A stretch of 20,000 nucleotides of DNA from an uncultured virus (IMG/VR IMGVR_UViG_3300017963_000256) (Duplodnaviria; Heunggongvirae; Uroviricota; Caudoviricetes). The notes beneath the pieces were generated by a model. The model was not told the DNA's origin. It saw only the letters and a list, made by a program, of their open reading frames with translations, and made no database searches. Shown here piece by piece: positions 16,801-20,000 of this stretch (the stretch's first letter is position 1; each line of letters opens with the position of its first letter). A program made the translations under genes and the position numbers. The stretch lies in the IMG/VR virus record IMGVR_UViG_3300017963_000256. One strand, 5' to 3'.

Positions 16801-18044
16801 AAAGGAGCGTCCAACTGCGCCTCTGTATATGAACCAGTATATTGTTTTTCTTCTATAAGATCTAACACCATCTCTACAATTTCAGGCGATTTATCTAACC
16901 TTGATCGTGAGACTGCCAGATGCAAAATCTTAGGATTCAATGAGGAAAATCCATTCTGAATTAAAGCCTCCATAACCTCCGCTGCGCCTTTAGAGCGCCC
17001 CATCGCCAGACTCAATAAATTTCCGTCTTCTGTTTCTATTTTTTGACCAATCTTTCCAAAATAATTTACAAGACGAACACATACATCTGTGGAAGAACCC
17101 CAAAATGCTTTCTTCAACAAAGCATAAGGATTCGGAATAGTAATTCCATTCTGACCAAAATAATTCAATAAAACATCTACGATCTCTTCGTTTCGATTTT
17201 CAATAGCAAAATTGAGAGATCTGGCAGGTATGCCCTTATCGGTTGTAACACCACGCTCCAAAGCCTTATAAACCACTTCTGAATTGTTTGTTTTAACAGC
17301 CTCTATCAAAGTCTGAGGTTCTTCTTTTGGAACTACCTGCCTAAATAACTGAGCTATTTCCGTATGTCCTTCTATGATAGCCAATGCTATAGCGTCTGGA
17401 GTCGGTATCATACCATACGACAAAAGAAGCTTTACTAATTCGATATTATCTGTCATCAGGGCCATTTTCATCACATTTGGATTAACTGTAGCGCCCATGT
17501 CCAAAAGTAAACGAATGATATCTATCCTAACATTATCATCATTAATTACTCCAGTAAGATGTAGTTGTGCATCAGCTTTATATCCTGCGTCTTTAAGTTT
17601 CGAAACAATCTCATAACCTTTGCTATGTCTGGTAAGATCATCCCAACTAGATGCTCCCACTGGAGCGCCAATACTTATCGCATAATCCAAAAAACCTTTA
17701 TCAGATCTATAATTTCGAATCGCATCTGCCATTAAATATTGATTCGGTTTAACACCATTTTGAAGAAGAAAACTTACAATATCACGCTTACCTTTGCGAA
17801 CGGCACGTGTCAAAGCATTCGACAACTCTTGAACCGTTATTCTTGAAATCCCCTTTGGATGATCAAACAACATTTGGGCTATTTCAAATTGCCCTTCCTC
17901 TAACGCCGGGTCGAAATAATAATACTCAACTTGCTTCAGATTTGATATGAACTCACGGGCAGCATTCAAATCACCCTGAGACACAATCTGCTCAAAGTCA
18001 GTAGGCGGATTCTCCGGCATTTGTGCCGTTACATACCAATTCAT
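13842..18044 (-). CDS. 1400-aa multidomain protein: MNWYVTA tag, ankyrin-like repeats, helical region, 'GCCQ' domain, internal NWY motif, GNAT-like C-terminal domain
   Basis: Ankyrin-like units ALTRAVRKGKRDIVSFLLQNG, AIALAIIEGHTEIAQLF and SLNFAIENRNEEIVDVLL. The C-terminal MYVSNLAVQKQYRR resembles GNAT motif A. Confidence 0.85.
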   Translation of the reverse strand: MNWYVTAQMPENPPTDFEQIVSQGDLNAAREFISNLKQVEYYYFDPALEEGQFEIAQMLFDHPKGISRITVQELSNALTRAVRKGKRDIVSFLLQNGVKPNQYLMADAIRNYRSDKGFLDYAISIGAPVGASSWDDLTRHSKGYEIVSKLKDAGYKADAQLHLTGVINDDNVRIDIIRLLLDMGATVNPNVMKMALMTDNIELVKLLLSYGMIPTPDAIALAIIEGHTEIAQLFRQVVPKEEPQTLIEAVKTNNSEVVYKALERGVTTDKGIPARSLNFAIENRNEEIVDVLLNYFGQNGITIPNPYALLKKAFWGSSTDVCVRLVNYFGKIGQKIETEDGNLLSLAMGRSKGAAEVMEALIQNGFSSLNPKILHLAVSRSRLDKSPEIVEMVLDLIEEKQYTGSYTEAQLDAPFFGPEIYKRVLNATKGTHPHVLCDEILLRSPEMVKALLEHGLDSKQDRCWGTVSNTSNLEVAKLLFPYGKERLNPDSIFYYSGLDGFMEYAKNVENPQLGDSGLQHLAKSGNPELARAMLPFYKKEINRYAVETAVKSGDLEFLKLFLDRVDRFSEYDSNAVLELAIKEKNLEKVNEILKKSEGDLKESMERAVSTKQPDMVDLILKKFPSTIIPRASILWTYGLFPHIYKNHREKVYNTLKQTAYYSYEYDAKKTFKRLQKKYDFSLEAKKTLAEDFALVDSLAPTIRELYLSGEVDLDKLEIDFSNLERINGNEIGRRFNAANDLSEYTGKRHYDYKELMGSLNKLYEIFKKDHNLSFSPILDRLISNIVINQLNLTKDINVILTVFQKFNTFGKKMDEALQDKNVSKYIGSYLLSSSKSTDLGGENPIIYYASIIPQYLESQYSQLEKEGMEEIDKKYPKSENREENQKRWTAIKRMRNEIKNNVKIPINTTALHRFSVQLDKHKYADYNKFLDDIEKGRSTYTTEEQKDFSIKGMEQIVFYSDANFYEALDGVGNIINHENFGKSEIDPIKISVDVDGDAYEFASLDKTDPLGLVLGELAYSGCCQKFEDASESSMIEGYVNPKSGFLTVYKDGKFQAQSWMWLTEDGESLVLDNVEFSSVLKRKSDELEGGERGKKNIFADVFQDRPFEGKGKKMSKNQTAKQKIQQAYKKFAQKYKEATGRSVLIGTGYDSLGVDRLGEKVPDWDNDDKYPFLEEGYQDLYLQDSKEVVKVAKNWYQMAKYAVSLIDLPEAVRRNREHSRRMEELDRINFEHYEDDHADPEAYLYNDMIQPGSTGTGLMDNDELQGYLYGYDFIETDNLEDFDPYEIEFMNPAYAENFEEFLEEFFKKIQQGKVMYVSNLAVQKQYRRNLSLMINDFLKQLREKGYEFLAAEMLSDSYRLLMNPDGSPRSNRLDKYGLDFIGQIMEEDEDPKYAVLFKIL
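14427..14466. repeat. 40-bp exact direct repeat, copy 1, encoding NWYQMAKYAVSLI
   Basis: AATCAAACTGACAGCATACTTTGCCATCTGATACCAATTC is identical to 18062-18101; the flanking bases differ on both sides. Confidence 0.95.
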
Positions 18045-19999
18045 GTTTTACATCCTTTGGAAATCAAACTGACAGCATACTTTGCCATCTGATACCAATT
18101 CGCAACTCTGACAACCTTCGTCGCATCTGTATAAGGATATCCTTCCTCTGGATCCTGATATTCTTCATATTCCTCGTCATCTTCATTGTCATAGTCATCA
18201 CAAATCTCATTCTCAGGAAGAATTGGATAACTATTATAAAAATTCCATTTCTTAACTTCTTCGCCAATCGTCTTGACCCCTAAATCATCATAACCAGTTC
18301 CAATAAAAACATTCAAACCAGTTTTCTCTTTATATATTTGGGCAAACTTCTTGTAAGCCTGTTGAATCGAAACCTTGGCAGTGTTTGGTTTGACTTCCCT
18401 CTTATTATCTTCTGGTTTGTCTTGAAAAATATCTGAAAATAAATTACCTCTTAAATAAGGACTCTCATCTTCAAACATAGGTGAAAATTCAACATTGTCC
18501 AAAACCAATGTCTTATTATCTTCTGTCATCCAAATCCAACTCTGGGCAACAAAATTCCCATCCAAATAAACAGTCAAAAATCCAGATTTTGGATTCACAA
18601 ACCCTTCTATCATCGAATCTTCAGATTCATCATCAAATTTCTGACAACACCCAGAAAATGACTGTTCTCCCAACACCAACCCCAACGGATCCTTCTTATC
18701 AAGGATCTTAAATGTATATGTTTTCCCATCTTGTTCTACGTTAGTCTCTCCCGGCGCGATCTCTCCAACGCCAAAATTCTCATGTTTAATGATTCCTTTA
18801 TAAATCTTATTCGCCTTTTCGTAATATTCAAGATCAACTGTATTATCTAAAAGATAATTCATCCCTTTGTTAAAAAATTCAACTTGCTCATTGTCATCGA
18901 ATTTAAATTCAGCAATGTCTTCAAGATTAAGTTCTGATGTACTAATAATATCTTCCATGTTCTTTTCATGTATTTTGTAATTCTCATCAGTTCTCTTTTT
19001 GGTATATAACATCAAAGCATTCTTGGTAACTGGAATCTTGACGTTATTTTTGATTTCATTCCGTAACCTCTTAATCGCCTTCCACCGCTGTACGTTATCT
19101 TTCTTCTCTTCGCGCAAAGGAAACTTTTCATCAATCTCTTTCATTCCTTCTTCTTGTAACTCATACTGTTTATCTTCAATATACATAGGAATATAGCTGG
19201 CAAAAAGAAAAAGATTGTTATGTTTTTCCACCATATTAGAATCTTTGGAATTAGAAAGAAGAAAATCTTTCACAATCTTTTTGAAATCTTTATCTTCCAA
19301 TGCTTTAATCAGGCTTTTGTGACTACTTTGAAAAGTACTCAAAATAGGAACAAGATCGCCACTCATCCTAGTAAGCTTGAACTGATTCATCAAAACACTC
19401 ATTACAATCTTGTCAACAGAAGCAGGAATATTTAAACTATGCTCCTTCTTGAATATCTTGTAAATGCGGTGTATGTTTTCATAGACCTCTTTAGAACTAT
19501 GATGAACCTTCCCAGTATACTCACCAAGATCCTCTGAAACTCTCACGATGTTGGACAACTCCCCAACTTCCTCTTCATTAAGCTCTTCAATAACAGGAAT
19601 CTCAAATTTCATCCTGTCCAAATCTATCTTGCCTTCCAAGTATAACCTTCTCAATGTTTGCGGAAAATTCAATGCCGTTATGGGATCCGTTTTTATGATT
19701 CTTTCCACAATAGGAGACATGTCAAATTGGGTTTCTATATCTTTCCCTACGCCCAACGCACGATTGCTTTCGGAGAATATCTTCATGAAATAATCAGGAT
19801 TTAGATTATAGATATGTCTTGAAAGTTTCCCTCTTTGAATAAGTCTGGAAGTATCGTCTGTAATAAACTTAGGATCATTCAAACTAATAATATAATCCAA
19901 AAGAACAGTGTTTGAACCTGAGCCACCATATGATGCAAAACTATTTAAAACACTATCCAAAGCATTCGAAGGTAACTCAAACCCTATGCTCTCTAAAAA
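18041..19999 (-). CDS. Large paralogue of the 1400-aa protein (helical region + GCCQ domain); partial, start lies beyond the right edge
   Basis: The frame stays open upstream of 19960 (FLESIGFELPSNALDSVL). It shares RW.AIKR.RNEIKNNVKIP, DPLGLVLGE...SGCCQKF, SMIEG.VNPKSGFLTVY, AQSW.W and LVLDNVEFS with 13842-18044. Confidence 0.85.
   Translation of the reverse strand, partial: FLESIGFELPSNALDSVLNSFASYGGSGSNTVLLDYIISLNDPKFITDDTSRLIQRGKLSRHIYNLNPDYFMKIFSESNRALGVGKDIETQFDMSPIVERIIKTDPITALNFPQTLRRLYLEGKIDLDRMKFEIPVIEELNEEEVGELSNIVRVSEDLGEYTGKVHHSSKEVYENIHRIYKIFKKEHSLNIPASVDKIVMSVLMNQFKLTRMSGDLVPILSTFQSSHKSLIKALEDKDFKKIVKDFLLSNSKDSNMVEKHNNLFLFASYIPMYIEDKQYELQEEGMKEIDEKFPLREEKKDNVQRWKAIKRLRNEIKNNVKIPVTKNALMLYTKKRTDENYKIHEKNMEDIISTSELNLEDIAEFKFDDNEQVEFFNKGMNYLLDNTVDLEYYEKANKIYKGIIKHENFGVGEIAPGETNVEQDGKTYTFKILDKKDPLGLVLGEQSFSGCCQKFDDESEDSMIEGFVNPKSGFLTVYLDGNFVAQSWIWMTEDNKTLVLDNVEFSPMFEDESPYLRGNLFSDIFQDKPEDNKREVKPNTAKVSIQQAYKKFAQIYKEKTGLNVFIGTGYDDLGVKTIGEEVKKWNFYNSYPILPENEICDDYDNEDDEEYEEYQDPEEGYPYTDATKVVRVANWYQMAKYAVSLISKGCKT
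18062..18101. repeat. 40-bp exact direct repeat, copy 2
   Basis: Identical to 14427-14466. Confidence 0.95.
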
Positions 20000-20000
20000 T

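Noticed and set aside
14427..18101. The repeat pair as a diversity-generating retroelement TR/VR, a CRISPR repeat or att sites
   Set aside because: There are only two identical copies with no adenine-specific mismatches and no spacers, and no reverse transcriptase or integrase is in the window.
439..19793. All plus-strand ORFs in the supplied track (e.g. 439-876, 4526-5179, 10185-10862)
   Set aside because: They are antisense shadows of well-tiled minus-strand genes and show no recognisable motifs. Terminators and SD sites all point to the minus strand.
1..20000. Stop-codon reassignment
   Set aside because: Genes tile densely under the standard code, including a 1400-aa ORF. TAA and TGA are used as stops throughout and TAG ends the HNH gene; only one suspicious in-frame TAA was seen.
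13842..20000. Eukaryotic giant-virus origin suggested by the ankyrin repeats
   Set aside because: SD motifs, overlapping operonic genes and intrinsic terminators indicate prokaryotic-type expression.

Overview
A gene-dense segment with all genes on the minus strand, most consistent with a large or jumbo prokaryotic dsDNA virus. The evidence is many small ORFans, ATGA/TAATG-coupled genes, Shine-Dalgarno (SD) sites, intrinsic terminators and scattered auxiliary enzymes. No capsid, terminase or polymerase gene is in the window, so the viral assignment is inference. The left part (1-6430) has small, often membrane-bound proteins, a PTH2-type peptidyl-tRNA hydrolase and an HNH protein, with three copies of a TTACGTATA(A/G)TAG promoter-like motif. 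The right part (6888-20000) has a P-loop kinase, a sulfotransferase-like protein, a phosphatidylserine decarboxylase, a ferritin-like protein and two large paralogues sharing a 'GCCQ' domain; the complete one also has ankyrin-like repeats. The main unexplained signal is a portable N-terminal tag, MNWY-x-x-A (mostly MNWYKKA or MNWYKVA), on 8 otherwise unrelated proteins. The tag also occurs as a frameshifted ninth copy, as an internal copy at a domain junction with its own SD and GTG, and as a C-terminal remnant inside an exact 40-bp direct repeat. This pattern suggests a protein-sorting or processing system, such as a capsid-targeting or protease-cleaved leader, that also acts as a module for gene fusion and shuffling.
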